From: Hydrurus foetidus
Lineage: Eukaryota
Assembly: GCA_900617105.1 (NCBI GenBank)
Contig: UYFQ01000001.1
Location: forward strand, 3,038,001-3,102,000
Direction: 5' to 3'
Length of the DNA stretch: 64,000 bases
Shown: positions 40,085 through 51,335 of the stretch, in pieces
Numbering within the stretch: position 1 is the stretch's first letter
How the letters are laid out: each line of letters starts with the position of its first letter
Translations under genes and position numbers: made by a program
The notes under the pieces: model-generated
Told to the model about the DNA's origin: nothing
Database searches by the model: none
What the model saw: only the letters and a program-made list of their open reading frames with translations

Positions 40085-41044
40085 TCAGTCAGCTTTGGCG
40101 CCTGAGTCGCGTGCAACTTTTACCCATTTGTCGACTTCTGCGGTCACAAAAATTTTCATCTCTGGCGGGGTGTTGATCATTGGCGTTGCGCCCGTGGCGC
40201 TCAGCTTCTCGGCAAAGGCCGGGTCTTTCAAAATATCCGCAACTTCCTTGTTCAGGCGATCAACGATGGCAGCAGGCGTACCTGCGGGTGCGAACAGACC
40301 AAACCACACCGTTTGTTCAAAATTAGTCCCCGCCTCCAGCATGGTGGGTACGTCAGGCAGGGCTTTGGCTCGGGTTCTTGTGGTCACGGAAATTGGGCGC
40401 AGCTTGCCGCCGCGCACGAGTGCCATGGCTGGCGGCATGTTGCTGATCATCACCGTCACGCGCTGTGCGGCTACATCGCCCAAGGCTTGCTGCACGTCTT
40501 TGTAGGGCACGTGGCGCATTTTCAGACCAGCAATCAAGTTCAAATACTCGCCTGCCAAGTGCGACGAGCTCCCGTTGCCGCCCGATGAAAACGTAACTGC
40601 CTCGCCTTCTTTGCGGGCGTAGTCAATGAACTCTTTGAGCGTTTTAATCGGCAACTCGCTGGACACACTCATCAGGCTGGGCGTGGTCGCCACCATCGCC
40701 ACGGCTTCAAAGTCTTTGACCGGGTTGTAGGCCAGCCTGGGATACACACCCACATTCATGGCGTGTGAGCCGATGTTGCCCATCACCAGCGTGTAGCCAT
40801 CGGCCGGGGACTTGGCCACGATGTCTGCGCCTAAAGCGCCGCCCGCGCCGGGTCTGTTGTCTGCCACCACGCTTTGGCCCAGGCGCTTTTGCAGCTCAAT
40901 GCCCAACAGGCGCGTCATGGTGTCTGGTGCCGAGCCTGCGGCGGACGGAACAATGATTTTGATGGGCTTGTTTGGCCAGGCTTGCGCCCATACGGCAGGT
41001 AGCTGCAGCGCTAACGCTAGAGCTATAAATAGATGTTTTTTCAT
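40085..41044 (-). CDS. Bug/TctC solute-binding protein
   Basis: Signal peptide, WPNKPI, NRPGAGG, ADGYTL, HVPYK. Confidence 0.92.
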   Translation of the reverse strand: MKKHLFIALALALQLPAVWAQAWPNKPIKIIVPSAAGSAPDTMTRLLGIELQKRLGQSVVADNRPGAGGALGADIVAKSPADGYTLVMGNIGSHAMNVGVYPRLAYNPVKDFEAVAMVATTPSLMSVSSELPIKTLKEFIDYARKEGEAVTFSSGGNGSSSHLAGEYLNLIAGLKMRHVPYKDVQQALGDVAAQRVTVMISNMPPAMALVRGGKLRPISVTTRTRAKALPDVPTMLEAGTNFEQTVWFGLFAPAGTPAAIVDRLNKEVADILKDPAFAEKLSATGATPMINTPPEMKIFVTAEVDKWVKVARDSGAKAD

Positions 41045-41086
41045 CGCTCAGTCTTTCAAGTTTTTGGTGGTGGTTCTTGATGTTAT

Positions 41087-41106
41087 TTGTCAGGTTATCA
41101 TACAAA
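41087..41106. promoter_or_regulatory. Candidate FadR/GntR operator upstream of the tetronate operon
   Basis: TTTGTCAGGTTATCATACAA (minus strand TTGTATGATAACCTGACAAA), resembling FadR-subfamily sites; next to the GntR gene. Confidence 0.45.
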
Positions 41107-41164
41107 TTTGTGCTAACTGAGCGCCTCGGGTTTTCCAGTAAATCAACGTTGTAAAGCCTTGAAT

Positions 41165-41938
41165 TCAACGCCGCGCGCCGCTCGCTACCAACGGGCTGGC
41201 CAGCTTGACGCCCTCTTGTTGCCAGAAGGTGGGGTCGGCTTGCTCAATGCGTTTGATGGCGTTGTCCATGTGGCGCGCAGCGGCCTTGCGCGCCTTGGCG
41301 ACATCGCCAGACGTGATGGCTTCAATGATGGCTTGGTGCTCAAGCTGCACCTGGCGTACAAAATCAGCACGGCGTGCTTCGTTGGCGCGGGTGACGCGGG
41401 TGGCGCCGTGCAAAAACTGGCGCAAATAATCAAGGGTGCTAATGAGGAACTGGTTTTGTGCGGCATCGGCAATCGCGCGGTGCAAAGCCACATCTTCGTC
41501 AACCCCATCGCGGCCGGCCTTGACGGCACGGTCAAGTGCAAGGGCTGCGCGCTGGATGTGTTTGACGTCAATCGGGCTGCGCCGTTCGGCTGCCAGGGCG
41601 GCTACTTCTGCCTCCAGCGCGCGACGTACCTCCACCATTTGAACCACTGCGCGCTTTGACACCGCAGAGCCCGCATCAAATTGCAGCGGCGAAAACCCAA
41701 CCGCCTTGATAAATGCGCCGCTGCCTTGGCGCGTTTCTACCAACCCCAGAGACTTGAGCCGAGAGACCGCCTCGCGCACCACGGTGCGGCTCACGCCAAA
41801 TTGGGCGGTCAATTCAGCCTCGGTGGGCAGTTTGTTTCCTGCCACCAACCCGCGGGTGCGAACCTCCAGCGCGATGGCGTCGGCGACCTGGTCTGAGAGC
41901 GGTGCGCTTGGGGTGAGGTGTTTAAAACGCGTTGCCAT
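41165..41938 (-). CDS. FadR/GntR family transcriptional regulator
   Basis: LPTEAEL, FGVSRTVVREA, RQGSGAF wHTH; FCD domain; start uncertain (could be up to 41989). Confidence 0.9.
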   Translation of the reverse strand: MATRFKHLTPSAPLSDQVADAIALEVRTRGLVAGNKLPTEAELTAQFGVSRTVVREAVSRLKSLGLVETRQGSGAFIKAVGFSPLQFDAGSAVSKRAVVQMVEVRRALEAEVAALAAERRSPIDVKHIQRAALALDRAVKAGRDGVDEDVALHRAIADAAQNQFLISTLDYLRQFLHGATRVTRANEARRADFVRQVQLEHQAIIEAITSGDVAKARKAAARHMDNAIKRIEQADPTFWQQEGVKLASPLVASGARR

Positions 41939-42152
41939 CTTTGCAGCTTCGAAGATGGCGTCACTGTACATCACACCACCACACTGCATGCGTGCACCGT
42001 CCTACATGGATCGAGCGCTTGCGCTGGTTTCTGTCAGGCAGCACAAGAGTTATCTTATAGATGTGGGGTTTGCTTCATTGCCTCCCCGCAGAGCGCTGCA
42101 GTTCACTGCAAGGCTTTGAGGAACCCCTCGACAACCATTTAAGGAATCTGAA

Positions 42153-42647
42153 ATGAAATACGCAACCACGTCGCTGTTAATGAGCGCGCTGCTGGCCGCT
42201 TCTGGCTTTGCTGCAGCACAAAACCCCACCGCCCCGGCAGCACGAGCTGACGTTAAGTCAGAGATCGTTCGCCCGAGTACGGGTACGCCGCCCACAAGCT
42301 TGAGCGAGCCAGGGAAGCCTGGCACCACATCTGACACCACCCGCGCTGAAGTCAAGTCAGACGTCGTGCGCCCAGACGCATCTACTCCGCCGAAGAACCT
42401 GAGCGAGCCGCCTAAGCCGGGCAGCGCCTCAAACACCACCCGCAGCGCTGCCAAGGCTGGCGTTGACCGCAGCGACCGCGAGTTGAGCACTGGCGAAAAA
42501 GCGCCCGCCCTCAAGCCAACTGCTGGCTACGCCAAACGCAAAGCAATGCGTGACGAGCGCCGCGCCATGAACAAGTCGAAAAAAGGCATGACGATGAAAG
42601 ACGGCAGCTCGGCTACATCGGCCCCCGAAGCACCGATGAACAAGTAA
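42153..42647 (+). CDS. Exported low-complexity protein with a 33-aa tandem repeat
   Basis: Signal peptide (AAA-Q), AAGGA RBS, RADVKSE.../RAEVKSD... repeats, terminator downstream. Confidence 0.8.
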   Translation: MKYATTSLLMSALLAASGFAAAQNPTAPAARADVKSEIVRPSTGTPPTSLSEPGKPGTTSDTTRAEVKSDVVRPDASTPPKNLSEPPKPGSASNTTRSAAKAGVDRSDRELSTGEKAPALKPTAGYAKRKAMRDERRAMNKSKKGMTMKDGSSATSAPEAPMNK

Positions 42648-42687
42648 GCTGCCATCAGCAAAGCCGACCGAAGTAGGTCAGCAGATT

Positions 42688-42720
42688 AAAAGCCCGCTTC
42701 GCAAGAATCCGGGCTTTTTT
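42688..42720 (+). terminator. Intrinsic (probably bidirectional) terminator
   Basis: AAAAGCCCG...CGGGCTTTTTT. Confidence 0.8.
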
Positions 42721-42760
42721 GTTGTGCCAAATTGTCGTACTGAACGACGCTGTGCCGTCG

Positions 42761-43840
42761 CTATTTTGGTCTTGGCCTAACCAGACCCCTATCTGGCTGC
42801 GACAAGTTGCCCGCCCGCAAGGCCTTGACTGCGTTGGCCACTGCACTGGCTACGTTTCGGACTTCAGCTTGTACCGCTTTGTCCTTGTCGAGTGTGTCGT
42901 GGCTGGTGGCATAGGGCTCGTAATAGCCGATGAAGCGATCAAGCTTGGACTGAACACCCGCGTCGACCATACCCATCCATTCAAGCCAGTCGCAGAGCGC
43001 GCGGCGCGTGCCCTCAATGCCCGCCACATCGCCGTGCACCACTACCCCGTAAGCTCGGCCGCTCAGGTGTTTGGGGTAGTCCCAGCCTTTAAGCTCCAGC
43101 GCCTTCGCTGCAGCCGGGTCTTTGCCATGGGTAGCAGACGGGTCGGGGTTGCCGCCGTCAGCGCAGACCAAGCGGTCAATCATGAGTTTCAACGGGCTGG
43201 GCGACTGGTACCAATAGACGGGTGTCACGATGATGATGCCGTGCGCCGCCGCCCAGCGCTCATAAATTTCAGCCATCCAGTCGCTGGTTTGGCCCTGCCC
43301 ATGGTTCGGGTAACAACTGCAAGGCCAATGGCACAGCGGCATGGCAGTTGATGCGCAGCCCTTGCAAGGGTGAATGTTGAGGTGGTAGCTGGAGTTCAGC
43401 AGGCTTAAATCGAGCAGGTCGACTTCAATACCCGCTTTGACGAGGGTAGTCTTAGCAGTATTTGTAAGGCGCCATGATTTCGAGATTTCTCCGGGGCAAG
43501 TACCATCGTTTCGAGCAGAGCCGCAGATAAGCAGCACGCGTGAAGGGCTGCCTTTTTTCTTCTGTGTTGCCTCGGCTTTTTCAATCCGTTTTTTTGTCTC
43601 AAGCCATTCAACCGACAGGTCGTAGCTGGGGTCGGCATAGCCCGGCCCTGCCTTGCTGGTGACGGGCGCTTTGCGGCCTTCTTTGTAGGCATCCCAGGCA
43701 ACCGCTTCTAGCCGGGCGAGTGCGTCAGCTTCAGGCTTGAACGCCGGGTCCATGAACGATTCCATGAAGCGGCCGTGAAATATTTTGCGGGATAAAACCG
43801 GTGGCGCTTGACCAGTTCGGACGGTGGGTTTTGTAGTCAT
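42761..43840 (-). CDS. Flavodoxin-family / NADPH-dependent FMN reductase-like protein with Cys cluster
   Basis: GSAR, PCKGC...CHWPCSCYPNH, TPVYWY, KLMIDRL. Confidence 0.85.
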   Translation of the reverse strand: MTTKPTVRTGQAPPVLSRKIFHGRFMESFMDPAFKPEADALARLEAVAWDAYKEGRKAPVTSKAGPGYADPSYDLSVEWLETKKRIEKAEATQKKKGSPSRVLLICGSARNDGTCPGEISKSWRLTNTAKTTLVKAGIEVDLLDLSLLNSSYHLNIHPCKGCASTAMPLCHWPCSCYPNHGQGQTSDWMAEIYERWAAAHGIIIVTPVYWYQSPSPLKLMIDRLVCADGGNPDPSATHGKDPAAAKALELKGWDYPKHLSGRAYGVVVHGDVAGIEGTRRALCDWLEWMGMVDAGVQSKLDRFIGYYEPYATSHDTLDKDKAVQAEVRNVASAVANAVKALRAGNLSQPDRGLVRPRPK

Positions 43841-44032
43841 GTCGCGAGTTTATGCAGCCTGCAATGGCAGTTAATCAAAACGGCATTTCGTCCTACGACC
43901 GGTCGGGAAGCGCCTAAAAGTTAATGCGGATCCAGGCTTTAGTTGCAAGAAGTCGTCGGGCTTGATTTGAGAATTTGATCGTGAGGGGTTTGGCGCAAAC
44001 GCATTGCGGCGGCAGTCAATACAATATGCATA

Positions 44033-44141
44033 GCTTGTCGGGGTGCCCAAAAGAGTTGGGCTGAGATCACTTGTTGAAAAGTGAGACCCGCTGAACCTGA
44101 TCGGGTCCGCATCTTGTTGGTCCCCGCGTAGGGAACAACGC
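44033..44141 (+). ncRNA. TPP riboswitch
   Basis: CGGGGTGC...GCTGAGA...ACCCG..GAACCTGATC...GCGTAGGGAA upstream of thiC. Confidence 0.93.
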
Positions 44142-44147
44142 TTTTGA

Positions 44148-46145
<1,998 letters not shown>

Positions 46146-46146
46146 C

Positions 46147-47235
46147 ATGACACCACTGCACATCGGCATAGCGGGCGCAGGCCTCGCGGGTCGCCTGCTT
46201 GCCTGGCGGTTGGCTTTGGCAGGCTGCCGTGTCAGCCTGTTCGATGCCAAACGCCGTGATGCGCTCGATACCGCTTCGCAAACCGCTGCCGCCATGCTGT
46301 CGCCGCTCGCTGAATTGGCGGTGTCTGACGACGCGGTGTTTGAGTTGGGTCAACGCTCGCTGCAATTGTGGCCACAGTATTTGTCGCAACTGTCCAGTCC
46401 CGTTTACTTCAGAACTGACGGCACACTGGTGGTGGCGCACACACAAGACGGCGCGTCGCTTGAACACTTCAGCCGCCTGCTGCACCACAAGCTGACCGAG
46501 GCGTGCAAAGCGCAGGTGCAAACACTGGATGCTGCAGCTCTTGCGCAAATGGAGCCCAGCCTTGCCGGGCGTTTTCACGGCGGCCTGTTTCTGGCGGGCG
46601 AAGGGCAACTGGCCAACGACCAGCTGATGGCGGCGCTGGCGACAGAGGTTGATCGGCTGGGTGTGCAGTGGCATGAAGAGAAGGCTGTTGAAGCGCTTGA
46701 ACAGAAGGCTATCGTTTGTGCCGGCCAAAAGCATGCGTTCGATGTGGTGGTCGACGCACGTGGCGTCGGCAGTAAGTTAGCTTTACCGAAACTGCGTGGT
46801 GTACGCGGCGAGGTGTTGCGGGTTGAATGCAAAGGCATTACACTGCAGCGCCCCGTGCGCTTGATGCACCCGCGTTACCAGCTGTACGTAGCGCCCCGTC
46901 CGAACAGTGAGTTTGTTGTCGGCGCAACCGAGCTGGAATCGGAGGACACAGGCCCCGTCACGGTGCGTTCGGTACTTGAATTGGCCAGTGCGCTGCACAG
47001 CCTGCACCCTGCCTTTGGTGAGGCGCGTATTTTGCGCATGTCTGCGGCACTGCGCCCCGCGCTTGACGACCATCGGCCTAGAGTTGAGCAATTAGGTGGC
47101 GTGTGGCATATCAACGGCTTGTACCGGCATGGCTACATGTGCGCGCCAGCACTGGTGGATGATCTGGTTGGTGCGCTGGCCCTCACCCCAGCCCTCTCCC
47201 GCCAGCGGGAGAGGGAGCAAGATGCAGCCTCTTGA
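46147..47235 (+). CDS. thiO: Glycine oxidase ThiO
   Basis: GAGLAG FAD motif, AAAMLSP, GVRGE, NGLYRHG; thi operon position. Confidence 0.88.
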   Translation: MTPLHIGIAGAGLAGRLLAWRLALAGCRVSLFDAKRRDALDTASQTAAAMLSPLAELAVSDDAVFELGQRSLQLWPQYLSQLSSPVYFRTDGTLVVAHTQDGASLEHFSRLLHHKLTEACKAQVQTLDAAALAQMEPSLAGRFHGGLFLAGEGQLANDQLMAALATEVDRLGVQWHEEKAVEALEQKAIVCAGQKHAFDVVVDARGVGSKLALPKLRGVRGEVLRVECKGITLQRPVRLMHPRYQLYVAPRPNSEFVVGATELESEDTGPVTVRSVLELASALHSLHPAFGEARILRMSAALRPALDDHRPRVEQLGGVWHINGLYRHGYMCAPALVDDLVGALALTPALSRQREREQDAAS

Positions 47236-47291
47236 GCCCGTCCCACTTATCTCAGTTCCCTCTCCCTCTGGGAGAGGGTTAGGGTGAGGGC
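47179..47291. repeat. Inverted doublet of a REP-like palindrome between thiO and thiS
   Basis: GCCCTCACCCCAGCCCTCTCCCGCCAGCGGGAGAGGGA (47179-47216) and inverted TCCCTCTCCCTCTGGGAGAGGGTTAGGGTGAGGGC (47257-47291). Confidence 0.85.
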
Positions 47292-47323
47292 TGCCCCCGA
47301 CTTTCCTCTTTAATATCGTGACC

Positions 47324-47527
47324 ATGATCAATATTTCCATCAACGGCGAACGCTTGAATGTCGAAGCCACCACACTGCAAGCCCTGTTGTTGGCACGCGG
47401 CTACAAACTGGAGAGCGCCTTCGCCTGCGCCATCAACAACACATTCGTGCCACGCCCACAGTGGCCAGAGCGCATGCTTCAAAACGGCGACCGAATCGAC
47501 ATCGTCACACCAATAACGGGGGGTTGA
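47324..47527 (+). CDS. thiS: Sulfur carrier protein ThiS
   Basis: INGE, GDRIDIV, C-terminal GG. Confidence 0.92.
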   Translation: MINISINGERLNVEATTLQALLLARGYKLESAFACAINNTFVPRPQWPERMLQNGDRIDIVTPITGG

Positions 47528-47528
47528 C

Positions 47529-48314
47529 ATGTCAAATTTCACAGTCGCAGGAATCAGCCTTTCAAGCCGTTTATTCCTCGGCACTTCCCACTACCCATCG
47601 CCCCAAGTTTTAAGTGACGCGGTGGCTTCAAGCGGCACGCAGGTGCTCACCGTCGGCCTGCGCCGCCTGCAGCCTGAAAGCGGCGGCGGCAACAGCTTTT
47701 GGCAGCGGATTCAAGCCATGAAGACGCACATCTTGCCCAACACCGCAGGCTGCCACACAGCCGAAGAAGCGATCACACTGGCACAAATGGCGCGCGAGAT
47801 TTTTGCGACGAACTGGATCAAACTCGAAGTGATTGGCGACGACTACACGTTGCAACCCGACACACACGCCACGCTTGAAGCTGCAACGCTACTCGCCAAA
47901 GAAGGCTTCGCTGTGTTTGCCTACACCACAGACGATTTGGTCATTGCGCAAAAGTTGCGGGACACAGGCTGCGCGGCCATCATGCCTTGGGCGGCGCCGA
48001 TTGGCACCGGCCGCGGCCCGCTTAACCCGTATGCGCTGGAGACAATGCGCCGCCGCCTGCCTGGTGCCGTGTTGATTGTTGACGCGGGGCTGGGCCGGCC
48101 GTCTCACGCCGCTGCGGTGATGGAGCTCGGTTTTGACGCGGTGCTATTGAACACCGCGGTGGCGCAAGCCGGCGACCCTGTGCGCATGGCCAAGGCCTTT
48201 GCCGACGGTGTTGCGGCGGGGCGAGCTGCGTATGAGTCCACCCCCATGCCCGAGCGGTCGGCGGCTCAGGCCTCTACGCCAACGGTAGGTGTTCCCTTCT
48301 GGCACGCCCCATGA
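47529..48314 (+). CDS. thiG: Thiazole synthase
   Basis: LPNTAGC, WIKLEVI, APIGTG, DAG, NTAVA. Confidence 0.96.
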   Translation: MSNFTVAGISLSSRLFLGTSHYPSPQVLSDAVASSGTQVLTVGLRRLQPESGGGNSFWQRIQAMKTHILPNTAGCHTAEEAITLAQMAREIFATNWIKLEVIGDDYTLQPDTHATLEAATLLAKEGFAVFAYTTDDLVIAQKLRDTGCAAIMPWAAPIGTGRGPLNPYALETMRRRLPGAVLIVDAGLGRPSHAAAVMELGFDAVLLNTAVAQAGDPVRMAKAFADGVAAGRAAYESTPMPERSAAQASTPTVGVPFWHAP

Positions 48315-48937
48315 AACCCAATTTCGCTCCCATCATCCACCCGATCGGCTTTTACCCGGTTGTGCCCACCGCCGCTTGGGTTGAGCGCCTTTTAAGCTGG
48401 GGCGTGCGCACCATCCAGTTACGCATTAAAGCGGCCGACCACACGCCCGCGCAAATCGCTGTAGAAGTTATTGCCGCTATTGAAGCTGGCAAAGCCGTGC
48501 CGGGCGCGCAGGTGTTTATCAACGACCATTGGCAAATTGCTCTGGCTGGTGATGCCTACGGCGTGCATTTGGGCCAAGAAGATCTGGACACTGCCGACAT
48601 CGAAGCCTTGCGCGCTGCAGGCCTGCGGCTGGGTCTGAGCACTCACACGCCAGAAGAGCTGGCGCGCGCCAAAGCTGTGCAGCCGTCTTACCTAGCGATA
48701 GGTCCCATTTACCCGACCACGCTCAAAGTGATGCCGTACAGCCCGGTGGGGCTTGAGAACTTGGCCAACTGGGCGAAGCAGGCCGCGCCGTATCCGGTAG
48801 TGGCTATCGGGGGCGTCTCGCTGGAGCGCTTGCCCGGTGTGCTGGCCTGCGGCGTGAACGGTGTGGCCGTGGTCAGCGCCGTTACGCTGGCGGACGACCC
48901 CGAGCGGGCTGCTCGTGTCGCCTTACGCCTCTTTTAA
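48311..48937 (+). CDS. thiE: Thiamine-phosphate synthase
   Basis: QLRIK, INDH, GVHLGQED, GLSTH, VAIGG. Confidence 0.93.
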   Translation: MKPNFAPIIHPIGFYPVVPTAAWVERLLSWGVRTIQLRIKAADHTPAQIAVEVIAAIEAGKAVPGAQVFINDHWQIALAGDAYGVHLGQEDLDTADIEALRAAGLRLGLSTHTPEELARAKAVQPSYLAIGPIYPTTLKVMPYSPVGLENLANWAKQAAPYPVVAIGGVSLERLPGVLACGVNGVAVVSAVTLADDPERAARVALRLF

Positions 48938-48950
48938 GGTCTTTTATTGC

Positions 48951-49006
48951 AACTTTAGCTCTGTAGCCCAATAAATACGGGCGCGAGCAGCTACGTAAAT
49001 AATAGC
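48951..49006 (+). repeat. Dispersed 55-bp element, copy J
   Basis: CTGTAGCCCAATAAATACGGGCGCGAGCAGCTACGTAAATAATAGC. Confidence 0.9.
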
Positions 49007-49009
49007 GTT

Positions 49010-50116
49010 TTATTTCGGCAGCGTAGGGTAGTCGGTGTAGCCCTCAGCGCCGCCGCCGTACCAAGTGGCTTTGTCGCTTTCAGCAAATGGGCCGCCTTGC
49101 TTTAAACGCTCTACCAGGTCGGGGTTGCCGATGTAAGGGCGGCCAAAGGCGAACAGGTCTGCGCCTTGTGCCAGCTCTTTTTCAGCCAGTGTTTTGTCCA
49201 GCCCGTTGTTAACCATCCACGCGCCGCGCCCGCCAGCGTCTGTATAAGCCGCTTTCAGGGCGGCGTAGTCAAAGGGCCGGTCTGGCAGCGCGCGCGGCCC
49301 GCCCGTTGCGCCCTCAATGATGTGAATGTAGGCCAGGTTTAGGGTTGCCAGCTGCCGCACCACGTAGTCAAACAGCGGCTGGGGGTCGGCGTCAAACGCG
49401 TCGTTGGCCGGCGTAACCGGCGACAGGCGAATGCCCGTGCGGCCACCGCCTACCGCTGACGTGACTGCGCGGGTTACTTCCAGCAGCAGGCGCGCGCGGT
49501 TTTCAATACTGCCGCCGTAGTCGTCTTCCCGGTGGTTCGAGCCGCCCTTTAAAAACTGGTCCAGCAAGTAGCCGTTAGCGCCGTGAATTTCAACGCCATC
49601 AAAGCCCGCCGTTTCCACCGCATTGCGCGCGGCAGCCTGGTAGGTGTGCACGATGTCGGGAAGCTCTTTGGCCTTCAAGGCGCGCGGCTCAGAGGTTTCA
49701 ACAAACACTGGCTTTCCGTGTTGAATCAGCACGGTTTTGGTTTTGGCGGTGATGGCTGATGGCGCTACTGGCGCGCCATTGTCTGGCTGCAGCGAGGTGT
49801 GCGACACGCGACCCACATGCCACAGCTGCACCACAATTTTTCCGCCCGCCGCGTGAACGTCGTGGGTCACCTTTTTCCAGGCATCAAGCTGCTCGGTGCC
49901 GTACAGGCCCGGCACGTCAGAATAGCCTTGGCCTTGCTGCGAAATGGCCGTGGCTTCGGTCACGATCAGCCCGGCAGAGGCGCGCTGCGCATAGTAGGTA
50001 GCCGCAAACGGGCCAGGTATCGCGTCAGGCGAGCGGTTGCGCGTCAGCGGCGCCATAACGATGCGGTTGGCTAGCTTGAGCTCACCGGCTTGAACCGGGT
50101 CAAAAAGTGTGGGCAT
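49010..50116 (-). CDS. Alkene reductase (Old Yellow Enzyme, NemA-like)
   Basis: NRIVMAPLTR, QLWHVGR, EIHGANGYL, YGGSIENR, GYTDYP. Confidence 0.92.
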   Translation of the reverse strand: MPTLFDPVQAGELKLANRIVMAPLTRNRSPDAIPGPFAATYYAQRASAGLIVTEATAISQQGQGYSDVPGLYGTEQLDAWKKVTHDVHAAGGKIVVQLWHVGRVSHTSLQPDNGAPVAPSAITAKTKTVLIQHGKPVFVETSEPRALKAKELPDIVHTYQAAARNAVETAGFDGVEIHGANGYLLDQFLKGGSNHREDDYGGSIENRARLLLEVTRAVTSAVGGGRTGIRLSPVTPANDAFDADPQPLFDYVVRQLATLNLAYIHIIEGATGGPRALPDRPFDYAALKAAYTDAGGRGAWMVNNGLDKTLAEKELAQGADLFAFGRPYIGNPDLVERLKQGGPFAESDKATWYGGGAEGYTDYPTLPK

Positions 50117-50270
50117 GATGGTATGAGTTAGCAAAGGGTAAATAAGAGATCAAGAGGGCAAGAGAGCAAGTGTGGCGTAAAACGCAGACCGGCACAGGCA
50201 GCGGTGGGCACAAGGCATGTAGGACAGCCTCGTCAAACCGTGTTGGCGACGCGGCAGCCCGCGGCTCGCC

Positions 50271-50879
50271 TTACTTCATTAATCCCTCAGCCCGCATGGC
50301 GGCTTGCACCGCTGGCCGGGCCAACATGCGCGCCCTGAAGTCAGCCAGATTGGCCAGCCCCGAAATATCGACCTTCACCAGCGGCGCCCAGTTGCTGACG
50401 TTGAACAAATACGGATCAGCCACGCTGAAGGAATCGCCCATCAGGTAGTGCTTTCCGGCCAGCTGGCTGTCAACCCAAGCCAAGCGGCCCAGCAATTTGT
50501 CAATCACCATTGGTTTGTAGTCGGCAGGCGTGGCCGGGTTGAACAAGGGCGCAAAACCTTTATGCAGCTCGGTGCCAATAAAGTTCAACCAGCTTTGCAT
50601 TTGCGCACGCGCCACCGTGCCGTTGGCAGGGGCCAAATTCTTTTCAGGCACTTGGTCGGCAAGGTACTGCACGATGGCCGGGCCTTCCGTCAGGTGGGTG
50701 CCGTCGTTCAGCTCAAGCAGCGGCACATAACCCAGAGAGTTAATGGCGTAGTAGTCGCTGCCGTCCGCCAGCTGGTGGGTTTTGGTGTTAACGCGCGCGT
50801 CGTCAAACGTCATGCCGGCCTCAGTCAACACAATACGAACAGCGAGTGAGCAAGCGCCAGTGGCGAAATACAGCTTCAT
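50271..50879 (-). CDS. gstA: Glutathione S-transferase (beta class)
   Basis: GACSLA, YVP, TEGPAI, TELHKGF, FSVAD. Confidence 0.9.
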   Translation of the reverse strand: MKLYFATGACSLAVRIVLTEAGMTFDDARVNTKTHQLADGSDYYAINSLGYVPLLELNDGTHLTEGPAIVQYLADQVPEKNLAPANGTVARAQMQSWLNFIGTELHKGFAPLFNPATPADYKPMVIDKLLGRLAWVDSQLAGKHYLMGDSFSVADPYLFNVSNWAPLVKVDISGLANLADFRARMLARPAVQAAMRAEGLMK

Positions 50880-50960
50880 GAAATTCCTTGGAATGGAGCA
50901 TGGCAGGTGAAAAACTCACCCGAAAGGTCAAGTGTACGAAACTTTACAACTTTGGGTGGC

Positions 50961-51012
50961 GTAGCCGTTTTATTCAATGAATACGGGCGCAAGCTGCTAT
51001 TAAATTCATAAT
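50961..51012 (+). repeat. Dispersed 55-bp element, copy K
   Basis: CAATGAATACGGGCGCAAGCTGCTATTAAATTCATAAT. Confidence 0.82.
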
Positions 51013-51129
51013 GTGGAAATCTGAAAAGGACTTGTCCTACGGTGGTCTGCGCTTGTGGCCGATGCGGCAGAAAACTGCTGCTTTGTAGCATAGGCGCTCG
51101 TCTGTTCAATTCGTATGAAGGAGATTGCC

Positions 51130-51315
51130 ATGCTCAAGTACGCCATTATTTTTGCGTTGATTTCGCTGGTCGCCGGGGTGTTGGGTTTTACCGGAGTTGC
51201 CGCAGGAGCTGCCGGTATCGCCAAAATTGCGTTTGGCCTGTTTTTGATTCTCACGGTGATTTTTATTGTGCTGGCGGCGCTTGGCGTCGGCGCGGCCAAT
51301 AAAATTTTGAAATAA
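51130..51315 (+). CDS. DUF1328 (YtjA-like) small membrane protein
   Basis: MLKYAIIF...[27 protein letters not shown]. Confidence 0.9.
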   Translation: MLKYAIIFALISLVAGVLGFTGVAAGAAGIAKIAFGLFLILTVIFIVLAALGVGAANKILK

Positions 51316-51335
51316 CCCGGACAGCACCTACTCGC

